A DNA stretch of 64,000 nucleotides, taken from contig OZ076409.1 in assembly GCA_964187785.1 (NCBI GenBank), positions 79,424,001 to 79,488,000 on the forward strand, in the 5' to 3' direction. The notes below the pieces were generated by a model. That model saw nothing but the letters and a program-made list of their open reading frames with translations, made no database searches and was not told the origin of the DNA. Position numbers and translations under genes: made by a program. The DNA comes from Amphiscolops sp. MND2022 (taxonomy: Eukaryota). Within the stretch, counting starts at the first letter, position 1. Each line of letters starts with the position of its first letter. Below, in pieces: positions 37,520 to 49,700 of this stretch.

Positions 37520-40500
37520 TGGTCAAATTCAACAAATTGTAAGGTATTTGTTTAGGTATTCAAACCTTCCACTATTTTTTAGACATTCTATCAGTTCAGT
37601 ACAGTTACTTTTGTCATACAAGTTGAATTTTCCTGTGGACAGATTTCTTGTAACAAAATTCCGGCAATTGAATAGAAAGTGGGTGGCAGTTTCTTCAGTT
37701 ATGCGACAGGAGCACATCGGACTGGCAGTCAAGCTTCTATTATAGGCAAAGTTTTTCAGGGATGGATTGATGTCCAGGAGTACTTCGATGGCGGTCCTCA
37801 TGAGTTCCTTCTGTAAAGAGAGTTTTATCAAAGCGGGGTCAGTGTCTACTCGAGGAACAATTTTTTTAAGGTTAGTTTCAAAGTCTGGGTATTGCCATCT
37901 GGAATTCCATTGTCGCAGTATATGGGTCCGACAAATGGCTTCAGTGTAGCTCAAGGGGTCAGTTAAGTCAAGGTTCTTTTTGTTGTAGAAAGTTTTGAGT
38001 ATGTTTCTGTGGATAGTCACAAAAGTTACAGTTGCTTCTTTTTTTTTAGAAATAGCTCTGATAAAAGGTCTCTCTGCTGTAGTACTTCGGTGAGGAACTT
38101 AGCGGATATATTTTGTCAAACAATATCAATAGGTGGGGTGCCCAGTATGACTTCAGCAGCACTCTCCTTTGGATTACACCTGGTTTGGAGTATACTTCGA
38201 TTGACAAAAGCTTGGAAGGTTTGCAGTTTTGCCGCATTTTTTTCTACCAAACAGGCTCACAGTACAGTAGAGTTGGTAGGATCTGCGTTTTGTTTAAAGT
38301 AGCAAGTGTGTTCCGGGACAGACCCTATCTACTAGTACAATGATTTCGTAGCTCTCTCCATTGGTTCTTGCAACGGGCTACCACCAGTTCCGTGTGATCC
38401 TTGAAACTGCAAGCATTATCGACAATCAAGCCAATATTTTAGTTTTGATTTTATTTTTGCATGCTTCATTTCCCAGTGTGAAGACAGAAGTCGTCAGTCC
38501 ATCGGAGTTTATGTGCAATATTTCCGTTTTGGAACCATTTATCTGAATTTTCCATATCCTGCACCATTTTTCGACGATGTTGAGGTTCCTTTGTACAATT
38601 TGAAGAGAGCTTTCCACAGGAGCGGACAAAAGTATTTGCGAATCATCTGCGTACTTGAACTTGATACCTGTGGTATTTGTAAGCATTTCTGCTATATAAA
38701 ATATGAAGAGTAGTGGTGAAAGTACGCTGCCCTGGGGAACACATTGTTTCGGCTGTACTTGGAGACTGATTCGCCCTCTAGTCGTGTTCTGACCAACCGA
38801 TTTTTGGAGAAAGTTTGGAGAATCTTGAATAAGGGTCCGCGAATACCTGCTATCCAAAGTTTAAACAGTAAACCATTATGCCAGGCGCTATCAAACGCTT
38901 TCTCAAGATCGAGAGTTATTAGGGCAGCTTTCAACTTACTTTTCTTCATAATTTCGAATTCGACTTTCAATCGGAAAAGTGATCTCGTTGTGTTCTTGTT
39001 TTGCATGAATTCTTCTTGTTCTTGGTCGATCAGATTATTTTCCAACATGAACGTCTTCAGCCGGTTGTTTAGTATTCTCTTGAAAAGTTTTCCCATGTGA
39101 CTACTAATTGAGATCAGTCTATATGCGGAAGGTTCACTGTAATTAGGTTTCAATGGCTTCTTCAAGAAGAGTACTCGTGTTTCGTTCCATGGCCAACTCG
39201 CAGAACTTAGGCAAATCTTGAAGAGGTTAATCAGGTAGGTTCTGAAAGTTGGGAATGTCATTGCAATCATTTTCGGGTGAATGTGAGGATCGCCAGGAGA
39301 ACAATTCATTTTGCTGACTGTCTCAATGACATGATTCAACTCTCTCGAACTGATAGTCCCATTGAATCTCAAATTTCGCAGTTCTACAACCTCAGACTTT
39401 TCCAAGAATTCAATCATTTTCAATTTACCATTAACCGCTTTCTTGAAATCTTCATCGAAATTTTTTTCTTTCAGATGCTTGCCGCTGAAGAAGGTGTCAA
39501 GAAGTATTCGTGCCTTTTGATCACAATCAAAACAGAGTCCAGATGTAGACTTTAGTGTGGATGGAATCTGATCCTTATTTGTTGGAAAGACCCTCTTGAT
39601 ACTTTTCCAAAACGCATTTCCGTGTTTTGCTTGGTTGACGTCTTGCAATTTTCTGAGGGTCCACAGTGAAGCTGCGGTGCTCAGTGTTTCTTTGAATATG
39701 GCTCGAGCCTTCAGGAGTGCCTCATGGTTTTGCGGCGTCGATTTCCTTTTGTATGTCTCCCGAGTGATCGTACTTCATTACTGAGTTGTGTCAGCTGATC
39801 ATTCCAGAAAGGTTTGCTATGTTTCGTAATTGATTTTGTGGGAATGCATTCTCGGTTTACATCGTTGGTTGCTTCTTTCAGATGCATCCATGCTGCAATG
39901 GGGTCTTTGAATTATGAGTTGTCCGGAAAAGACATATCACGAAGTATGTCTTCTAAGCTGTCCCGCCATTTCTTCCAATTAACGTCTTTAAGTTTGAACG
40001 TAGTAACTTTTTCAGTTGAGTACGAGCTCGGCAGAACAAATTTGGCGTATACAGGGACGTGCCCACGACTGGGGTACCCAGTTAGTAACTCCGCGTCAGT
40101 GTCAGTAAAAAAGTTGACTTCCAATTTGTAAGTTGGTCGGAAGTCATACATAGGTCGATAACTGAGCTACCATTGACAGAGTAAAAAGTTTTTTCACCAT
40201 TGTTTAGTATTTTCACCAGCTTGTTCTCGATATAATGCTCCAGAGTGCCACCATTCTTGTTATTTCGTGAATCTCCCCATAAAGTGCTTCTGGCATTGAG
40301 ATCTCTTACGAAGAGAACTCCTTTCATGTTATTTTTTTTGCAAAATTGATTGGACTTCCAAAAGTATTGATAAATTCCTCCATTTCGTTCACGTCCTCCA
40401 GGGGTATGTAGGCGGTAGCAACAAGGATGGATTGTTTGCGGTATTGTACAGCACACCAAAGAGAGTCGAACGTTTCATTTTTCAATTCTTGTATTTCGCA

Positions 40501-41660
40501 GCAACTGGTGTCTTTCGGTACTGACAGTGACACACCACGTTGATTTAGTCCTCTACATCTCAAGAAAGTGCGGTAGTTCGTGCAAAAGTTTTCGGGTACT
40601 TGTTTCTTGGTTTCGTTCAACACAACAAAATCAGGTTTCTGATCTTCGAAATATTTGTTTAGAAGTAGTTGTTTGGCATTTGAAAGTCCGGTTGGATTTA
40701 GCTGCAGTACAGTAGTAGAATTCCTGTTAGTCATTACTTGTATAGAACTCAACTCTTTCTTGTAAGTGCTTCGGAAGGTGAACGTTTCTTTGGTGATAGA
40801 CTTTCCTTGCATGGTTTAGGTAAGCTTCACAGTTGGGATCGTTTGAAGCCTGTCTTGATTGGCAATTTGCACATGTGGGTTCTTCTGAGTTACAGTCTCC
40901 AGTGCTGTGATTTCCTGCACATTTGCCACTTTTTGGAGCGCTCTTGCACGTTTTGGCTATATGCCCGAAGTTCTGGCAATCATAGCATCGGACAATTGGT
41001 ATTCTCTCCACTTCAATGAACTCATTTGTTCGGAAGTATTAATCGTTTAGAAAGATTCCATTTGTTATTGCTCTTTCGATGTCATTTCGGTTGGGAAAAT
41101 CAATTTTGACAGTATTTAGGGTACTTTTGTCTTTTTTCACAAATCTACGAGCAATAGCATCGGGGAAGCTCTCTTGTAGTAGTGCAGTCATTTTGGAGTC
41201 CGTGAAAACGTCTTCTTTCGGGACGTCTTTAATGATAGCGGAGTGATTCTTTTGCAGCTTTCGTGGTATCCTACAAATAGTTTCTGTGCCCATGAAGTTG
41301 ATTTCCCTAATTCCTCGATTTCTTTGGATTCTTCGTGGGACGCGAATTCCAGATGTTTAAGGCCCCTCGTTGTTCTGAATGCATATATCAATTCCTTTTT
41401 CGGGAATGCCGTGGAGAAACTGCGTTTGATGTCTGTGCTGTTTTTGAAAGACGGATCTGCGTTCTCGATTAGGAGCACTGCTGTAACATCTTGCTCAATT
41501 GTTGCATTTTGTGTTATCGCCTTAGACGTTCCTGTCGATGCAACTGCGGCATAGGTTGATGCTATCTTTCCACTGCACTTTAGACAGATCAGCGTCAATA
41601 TTACGTACATCTCCCTCAGACAACAAAACTGGAGTGTCATTATCACTTTGCAGGTCATGA
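37520..41660 (-). mobile_element. Near full-length decayed LINE, I/Jockey/R1 group (ORF1 with CCHC knuckles; ORF2 APE-RT-CCHC)
   Basis: ORF1 RCYDCQNFGHIAKTC..CAGNHSTGDC..CANC; endonuclease VLNET, DLNARSTLWG, SVIDL; RT YRLISISS, LDLEKAFDSAWH, VPQGSVLSPLLF, KYADD; C-terminal CSCRITEETATHFLFNC; many frameshifts. Confidence 0.9.
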
Positions 41661-42886
41661 TCTTTTAAGATCAAATGGATCTGAGAATGACCGTGTTCAA
41701 ACAGCCCACAAACAATGACGCAAGATTGGCGTCAAAAATGACCAGGGTTAAAACAGCCCAATACTGATACGACGTCATTATGATGTCGACAGTGACCGAA
41801 AAGAAAAACAAACAAAAGCCGACGTTAGCGAAAATTAACGTAATCAAAACTGTGACAAAAAAAATTGAAGTTGGATAATCGCTAAGGAAATTGACGTAAT
41901 CAAATTGGTGACAAAGAAAATTGAAGTTGGCTAATCGCTAACGAAATTGACGTCAGCAAAACGTTGACATTTTTGGTCAAACGAATTAATTCGATTCGTG
42001 GCCAATAAAACCGCGACGTTGGCAAAACGTCAACTCCTGGGATTACAAAGGAATTAAAAGACAGCTTCAAAGCCCTCCCAAAGATTGCTATACCGAATCA
42101 CAGAGTGGTACCGGAAATCTCACATTCCTTTGGGAAAGCGTACAACCCTAAGAATCCTCTCTTCAATTTCGACAACCCCACGAGATCTCTTCGTCCCATG
42201 ACAGTGGCCCTGTCATAGTCCGCGCCCAGCCTGGAGTGTGCTTGCCAAGAGGCGCAGTTTGGCCGTGATCATGAATGCATTATGAAAACAGTTACACTAC
42301 ATTATTAAACTGAAACAAACTGTGACAAGTTAAGACCATCAAAATCTAAAGTGATGACAGTAGAATTCTAATCGTTTTCCTGCAAAATACAACCGATACA
42401 TATCATTGCAAGTAGCCACCGCAGAAGATTGAAACTACGTCATATTTAAAATAAAAGGAAACAAAATAAATCGATAACCAATTACTTCCCTAAAATACTC
42501 TCTTCTATTTTATAAAGCCCTCGAGATCCATTCGTCTCATGACAGTGGCTTACCTGCCACTGTGGTAAAAGAGTTGAACGGGACAGTTTACACGGCCATT
42601 CTTGCACCAAAAAAGCTGGTCGCTTCCCACGTCATGGTATTCTCAATTATCTCATAAAGCAGAAGTTGGAATCTCTCGATTTGCCTTCAATGCTCCAATC
42701 GCGCGGACTGTACCGAACTTATGCCAAACGCCCAGACGGTGTTACCGTGATTCCGTGGGAAATGGGTAAACAGCTGGTGTGGGATGTCACGGTTGTTGAT
42801 GCTCTTGCACCCAGTCGCCTGAATCATGGCTCTATATGCAACCCGGGAACCACCGCCACCGAAGCTGAAGAGGGTAAAATTGGGGT

Positions 42887-43396
42887 GGGTTCCGGACGTT
42901 TCGGCACAAGACGTTTCGGCAACAAGATGGCGGAAGACGTTTCGGCAACTTTTTGTTGCCGAAACGTCTTTGGTGCCGAAACGTCTTCACAGCAGGTGAA
43001 AGACGTTTCGGCAACAAATTTTCAGTACTTTCCCCTTCTAATGTGGGGGCATATTCGGTGTATGCACGCTCGCCCTCACCGTCGCAAAGACCAGCTCCCA
43101 CTACGATCGCTTCGCGATCTCCGTTTCTGCTAGGTCTTTGCTCCTGTTCGACCTCGCTTAGCAAGATGGGAATATAAGCGGCCCCAAGGGGCCGCGGGGC
43201 ACTAGAGGAAATGGGGACATATATGGGGCACGTTTCATACTAAAGAAAACTACAGATTATTCTTCTTGTTGCCGAAACGTCTTTGGTGCCGAAACGTCTT
43301 CACAGCAGGTGAAAGACGTTTCGGCAACATTTTGTTGCCGAAACGTCTTCCGCCATCTTGTTGCCGAAACGTCTTGTGCCGAAACGTCTTGTTTCC
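42887..43396. mobile_element. MITE with TIRs built from GACGTTTCGGCA repeats (possibly Mutator-like)
   Basis: ~60-bp inverted termini, GG...CC ends, flanked by the direct repeat ATTGGGGT (42879-42886, 43397-43404). Confidence 0.75.
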
Positions 43397-43399
43397 ATT

Positions 43400-43822
43400 G
43401 GGGTTAGGGACAATTTGCCGAACGTGAAGGACAATTTGCCGAATTTTGTAGGGACAATTTGCCTTATACCCAGGGTTTTCAACTAACGTTTTTGGCCGTC
43501 GGATATGCCCCCATTTCCTCCAGTGCCCCGCGGCCCCTTGGGGCCGCTTATGTTCCCATCTTGCTAAGCGAGGTCGAACAGGAGCAAAGACCTAGCGGGA
43601 ACGGAGATCGGGAAGCGATCGTAGTGGAAGCTGGTCTTTGCGACGGTGAGGGCGAGCGTCCATAAACCGTATATGACCCCATGTTAGGTGGAGATTTTAA
43701 ACGCTTCGCAGGAACAAAAACCGGATAAGGGACAATTTGCCGAAAGACAATTTGCCGAAACCCAATTTGCCGAACGTGAAGGACAAAATGCCGAGAATTA
43801 TTCGGCAAATTATCCCTGAGTC
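43400..43822. mobile_element. MITE with GGACAATTTGCCGAA repeat arrays
   Basis: Start GGGTTAGGGACAATTTGCCGAA, end TTCGGCAAATTATCCCTGA; several internal copies of the motif. Confidence 0.65.
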
Positions 43823-43999
43823 AATTTTCGTCAAATTGTCACGTATCATAAAAGTGAGAAGTATCGCTAATTATTAGACAATGGATACATTTTTCATTCG
43901 GTGGCCTTGGAAGTACAGGGTTGTTTATGCGAGAGCAGTGAAATTTTCAGGTGGCTGTAAATAGGTCGAAATTTTGGGTGGCTGTAAACAGGTCGAATT

Positions 44000-44665
44000 T
44001 TTCTGGTCGAAAGGACAGAGGTCGAACCTTTTGATCGAATTGCTGGGATCGAATGGAATGCGGTCGAATTTTATCGTATTTGTTGTATGGCTCGGTCGCT
44101 TCGCTCCCTTCGCCAAGTAGCAACATTGAGGCATGGCCATAATGGCACGTCGCTCCGCTTCGCTTCGCTCCTGCATTTAGGGCACTAGGGGTATGTGAAC
44201 ATATCTGACTACGTTTTAAAAATTTCGATCCGAGTTGTTTCGATCCCATTCAAAAAATTTGGTATGTCGACCTGAGGACTAACTCTGATTTTCGATCCCG
44301 TTCCTTCGACCTATTTCCGCCCACCCCGAAATTTTCTGGTCGAAAGGACAGGGGTCGAACCTTTTGATCGAATTGCAGGGATCGAATGGAATGCGGTCGA
44401 ATTTTATCGTATTTGTTGTATGGCTCGGTCGCTTCGCTCCCTTCGCCAAGTAGCAATATTGAGGCATGGCCATATGGCACGTCGCTCCGCTTCGCTTCGC
44501 CCCTGCATTCAGGGCACTAGGGGTATGTGAACATATCTGACTACGTTATAGAAATTTCGATCCGGGTTGTTTCGATCCCATTCAAAAATTTGGTATGTCG
44601 ACCTGAAGACTAACTCTGATTTTCGATCCCGTTTCTTTGACCTACTTCCGCCCACCCGAAATTTT
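44000..44665. repeat. Tandem duplication, ~333-bp unit, 2 copies
   Basis: TTCTGGTCGAAAGGACAG... occurs at 44001 and 44334 with highly similar continuation. Confidence 0.9.
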
Positions 44666-44956
44666 CATCACGCGTCACTGTAAAATGCTCTGTCGTTCGC
44701 ACGACGATCAACGTTCTGGCAGCTTTTTGAAGCAACGGTTTTTAAGGGCTCTTCAGATCGGCAATGCGGCCTGTGTTCTAGGAAGTGTGAGCGACAGAGA
44801 TGCGTTCGAAGAAATTTATCACATATAGTTTATTTTTTAAACCTCTATATCATTGCAGCTTTTAAAAAAGTTTTTATCGGTCGGCTGGGATAGTGGCTTG
44901 TATGAGTAGTTTGTTCGTTGTATAACAACCCAAGCTCGACATGATTGTGAGAAAAT

Positions 44957-45036
44957 AGCCATTACAGGACTCCAACCTGCATCTCAAGACAGATCTAGCT
45001 AGCAGTCAAGCGCCTTAACCCTTAGACCAAATGGCT
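44957..45036 (-). pseudogene. tRNA-Ser(GCT)-like sequence, copy 1 (pseudo-tRNA or SINE head)
   Basis: Acceptor AGCCATT/AATGGCT, GGTTAAGGCG..GACTGCTA, long variable region, T-stem GCAGG/CCTGT. Anticodon stem pairs poorly and the T-loop is TTGGA rather than TTCGA. Confidence 0.6.
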
Positions 45037-45214
45037 TATTTAATCTCACCAATCAGTCGACTCATCACTAACAACGCCGTTGTTATATTATCCCCTTCTA
45101 ACTGAAGCTGATGCCACCCAGCTCCCAGTTGAACACAACACAACTGGGGATTCAAGCCACTTATGTAATGGCTACCAGTATAACAACCCAAGCTCGACAT
45201 GATTGTGAGAAAAT

Positions 45215-45294
45215 AGCCATTACAGGACTCCAACCTGCATCTCAAGACAGATCTAGCTAGCAGTCAAGCGCCTTAACCCTTAGACCAAATGGCC
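45215..45294 (-). pseudogene. tRNA-Ser(GCT)-like sequence, copy 2
   Basis: Repeat of copy 1 at a 258-bp offset, within a duplicated ~165-bp unit. Confidence 0.6.
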
Positions 45295-46780
45295 TTTTTA
45301 ATCTCACCAATCATTCGACTCATCACTAACAACGCCGTTGTTATAGTTGTTTTTTTTTGTTTCTGGTCTACTGATATAGTGGCTAATTCAGCAGTAGAGT
45401 CTGATTTATTTTTTCACTTTTTCCTGTCGTGGCCACTTTCAATTAATACTCTCCCATTAGTGATGGCTTGCCCCAGGTGAAGAAATTATACTCGATAAAC
45501 CTCTTTACCATCGATTGGCTTAAAACGTGGAGCCGCTAGTAGAAGCTAACGCCTAAGATCTAATTCCATACGCCTGTGAGCTTATGCGTACAATCTAACA
45601 TGAGTTAGAAAAAAATGAAATAACGCAGAAGACGTGGAGGCTTGAAATAACGTCTTCTTGAGAGAAGGCATTGGCATAGCTGTTGCATGCTTGCAGGCCC
45701 TCGGCGTTGAAAAGGCCTACTCCAACTCGATCGCTGCGCGACTTTAGCTTTCGCTAAGATTTCTTATGATTGACCTCTATTTGCCGTGGTCCATACCTCA
45801 TAAAGGGTGCGAGCAACTGTTGTTTTTCCATGGAAGCTACATAGGAAGACTACAAAGACTGTTTAAATCTACCACAAACCCGGTGTTAAACAACCCGATG
45901 AGTGGTCTTGGCGTCTCTCCTGCATCCTTATTAGCACTTCCCGCCTTTTTGGCCACAGTTTTTGGTGCGAGTGACTTTCTCACGACAATTTTCTCGGAAA
46001 CACTCGAAGATATATCTGATAGAGAAAAAAATGTATCAATGATTGTGCATTCCCTTCATTGATATGGAGGCTTGTAGAGACGCCACTTATTAAAAAAGAC
46101 ATCGTTGACCCGTTCTGATATTGCCTCATTTCAATCACTAATTCATTCAAAGCAAATAATTCACTGTGAGAGTAGGTTATTTACACCTCTTCAACATGTG
46201 TGCCATCTCTCAAGCCCTCCCTTTAAATGATGATCAACATAGCACCAGATTAATGACGTCAATCTATGTTTCAAATCTATATACTTTGATGTTTGGTTGG
46301 TTGTTTTTTTGTTACTGGTCTGACATAATGATACACATGGCACTTGATTGATGACGAAGATCCATGATATCTGATAGAGGAGAAGAAAAAACAAAAAAGA
46401 AGGAAAAGGAAAAGAGGTAAAAAAAAGTGGAGGAAAAGATTATAATTAAGCTCGAAGAGATAATGCAAAGTGTAGGTGAAAGCTTTCAACTAGCAATTCC
46501 CCAAATATTGTTTAAAAGTTGTTTCACAAGAATAACCTGAAATGGTCTGTATTCAGTTTTTACAAAATTTTTGCTCGCAAAAAATGGCCACTATCAATGA
46601 CGTTCCTCGATCGATTAGACATGTGACCTTTGCCAGATATTGATAATCTCAGAGATTTTACTATTCCTGGTTCCAATGAGTTTTTTATTTAAAACTTTAT
46701 TGTGTGCCTTATCTCTGATGGGTTTTTGATGTCGCTTTTGAATTACTCTTGTGGTTTCTTTCAGAAGCAGGTGGTCCATC

Positions 46781-49700
46781 ATGAGTAGTAAACTTCGCAA
46801 ACAAAATACTATGACCGACGAGGAACGGGCGGAATACCTCAAAATCAACGAAGAAGAGCTGCTTTTTGAATTAGATGAGCAAGAGTTAGAGGACCTTGCT
46901 TTGTTCTTAGATGATCTTGACCCAGAGGTGAGTACTTTTCTTGTATAAAAGACGATAGCTGAAGTATGTCAAGTGTTCTCCGGATTCCGTGCGAAACGAA
47001 TACACTTACCGTCAAAATTTCTTCTGAGTCCTTTTGTAGTAGCACTACAGCATTTTCTCTCTTGAATGAATGTTCTTTTTTTGTCGAAAACCTTGGAAAT
47101 TAAACTCCTCCCCCTCAGTCTCTGAATGGAAATGCACGACATCCTGATGTTGCTGGCTATGCTCAGTGACAAGTATGACGTACTCAATGAAATCTTACCA
47201 CATGCCTATGATTCAACCAGGCAATTTCGAAGAGGAGAGCTACCAATAGCCCAGACTCGACTCTAAAAGACATGACTATTTCTTGCAGATGTGGAAGCTG
47301 CAATATCTTTGAAAAACTGAAACTAACTTAAAACTCGGATTATCAAAGGGGGAAGTCCTGAAGGCCATTCTACTAAATGGCTTTGCACATTACTTTCTTG
47401 AAAAAAAGGGAAAATTTTAGTTCGATGTCTTTTTCGTTTTCTTGGGAAATGGACAATCTTGGTTTTCTGGAGCAAGCTAAGGTAAGTTCACACCCCGCGT
47501 TTTGCTGAAAGAAACGTGTTTGCGAAAGTTTGTCGTCGCATTCTAGTTTCTGTTTCCGGTACCGCCGCTTCGCGGCCACTTCGTGCAGGGGCTTGTACTA
47601 ACCAGAGCCGCATATGCGGTAAAGGAGTCGGCTTAGGTCTTTTTCCTTCTGACTCGCTCCAATCCCAATCATACCACTTTATTGGAATTGCACACATAGG
47701 ACCATACTATGGTGAAGAAAATGACTGTCACAGTCATTTTCTTCACCATAGTATGGTCCTATGTGTGCAATTTGCTGGGATATTCACCATATTATGGTCC
47801 TATTATTTTTTCCTATTATCATTTTTATGGTCCATATTATTTTCTTGACCATAGTATGGTCCTATGTGTGCAATATTGCTGGGATGTGAGAAACCCCTAA
47901 ATTAACCCAAAAATGGCCAAAAAACAGCCATTTTTCGTCTTTTTTGACTTTAGCTAAAACTGTTCATACGATTCGAACTAAAATTTCTACGGTAGAAATT
48001 TTAGTTCGAATCGTATGAACAGTTTTAGCAAAAGTTGAAAATGGCTGTTTTTTGGCCATTTTTGGGCTAATTTTGGCTATGTTTCTCACATCCCAACCAT
48101 ACGATTTTGATGCCATTGCACATATAGGACTATTATGAGCTAGAATGACTGTAGAAAATTTCGTTCGAATCGTATGGACAGTTTTTGAGAAAATCGAAAA
48201 AAGGCTAATTTTGGGCTAATTTTGGCTATGTTTCTCACATTCCAGTCATACTATTTTGATGCCTTCGCGCACGCAGGGGCCCCTTTGGGTGTAGAATGAC
48301 TGTGCAAAATTTCGTGAAAATCGTATGGACAGTTTTTGAGAAATTTGAAATTTTCATGAAAAGGTCGGGAAAAAAAACAGCACGATTGCATAAGTAGTCG
48401 AAAATTTTTTCCGACTCCTAAAAAGTATTGTTTGGTTTTGATGCATAAGGTCTTTGGTGCATAAACAAAAATGCAGTTCTGGCTGCACGTGACTTGTCAG
48501 TGTTGGTGGGGGAAACTGCTTCCTGAAAATGTGCGCAGGGTCCTTAAGGAAGCTGGCATGAAATCGATGAAGAAAAAACGTTGCTCTATGCAAAAAATAG
48601 AAAACGTAGATCGAATTTGTCAAAAAATATGCCAGTTGGAGAGCACATTTCTAAGTTATATTGTCTCTGACGTTACAAAAATAAACATGACGGGCTAAGC
48701 TTGGTGATATGGGGTTGCGTGACATGAAATGGCATTGGGCAAACATGCAAGCTCGACGGTGTCTTAGACAGTATGTCGCGCTGTTAGATTCACAATGGTA
48801 CTTTGCTCGACACTGGAGAATACTTGAAATGGAGCCCAATTTCTTAGAAGATAATGATCCCAAAAACATGTCACGACTAGTACGTGAGTGGTTCAATCCG
48901 GGTGGAGTGACAGTAATTGGCTGGCCGCCTCCATTACCAAACTTGAACTCAACTGAACACCTTGGGCATGCTTCAAAGCAGTGGTTAATGGTTTTATTAA
49001 GAAAAGTATATTAAAGAATATTGGGTTCGGAATTTTGTTACAATTCTGTGAGGCATTGTATGTCGTGGGTTTCTTCGATTTAAGGCTTTCTATCGCCCAA
49101 AAAGAGTAAAATGCTCGTTTTACTCGTGGAATTTCTTCCAGGCATGAGATCAATCTCTCAGAGTGTAGATTATCAATTTAACATTGAAGAAGGTTGTAGA
49201 TATATATGTTCCAAGATTAAGACATGCCTCAATTCTATTAACATCATGAAGTTTCCTGACTATTTCAGAACAACGCTTTACCAGCGTGCGACAGGACACG
49301 ATACCATACCGAAAAGACACCCACTGGTTATGACAGGGATGGTTTGTTGAACTATATTGATCGACTAGCTGACGAGTATGTTGAGCCTGAAGGAACTGTT
49401 CCATACACAGGCGAAAAGAAAGGTATTTCATTCAATTTATCACTGTAATGCTTTATTTCTGCCTAGATTTAGTCGTTAATTTTCTTCAGCGCTCACTAGT
49501 ATCTCGTAGAATCTGGCGAATCTTATTGATTCATGAATGATATGTTCGAAGATGTTTAGGTAAAATATGGCAAGCGCCGGAAAAACCGATACCAAGAGAT
49601 GCTGAAGAGTTAGAAATGGACTTCAAACTTGATGGCGAAACTTGGGAGCATGCCTTTGAGACCATCACCGACAACGATTTGATCGACTTAGCATGTAAGT

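Larger units (their letters stand above)
42660..44828 (+). mobile_element. 3' end of a CRE-like (restriction-like endonuclease) non-LTR retrotransposon, split by ~1.8 kb of nested insertions
   Basis: RPDGVTVIPWEMGKQLVWDVTVVDALAPS at 42666-42878 and FLKQRFLRALQIGNAACVLG...stop at 44665-44828. A related piece, GLGVSPASLLALPAFLA, lies at ~45900-46010. Confidence 0.7.

Noticed and set aside
42666..43133. 155-aa ORF as a host gene
   Set aside because: Chimeric read-through from a CRE-like fragment into a MITE.
44957..45294. Functional tRNA-Ser genes
   Set aside because: The anticodon stem does not pair well and the T-loop lacks TTCGA, so they are reported as pseudo-tRNA only.
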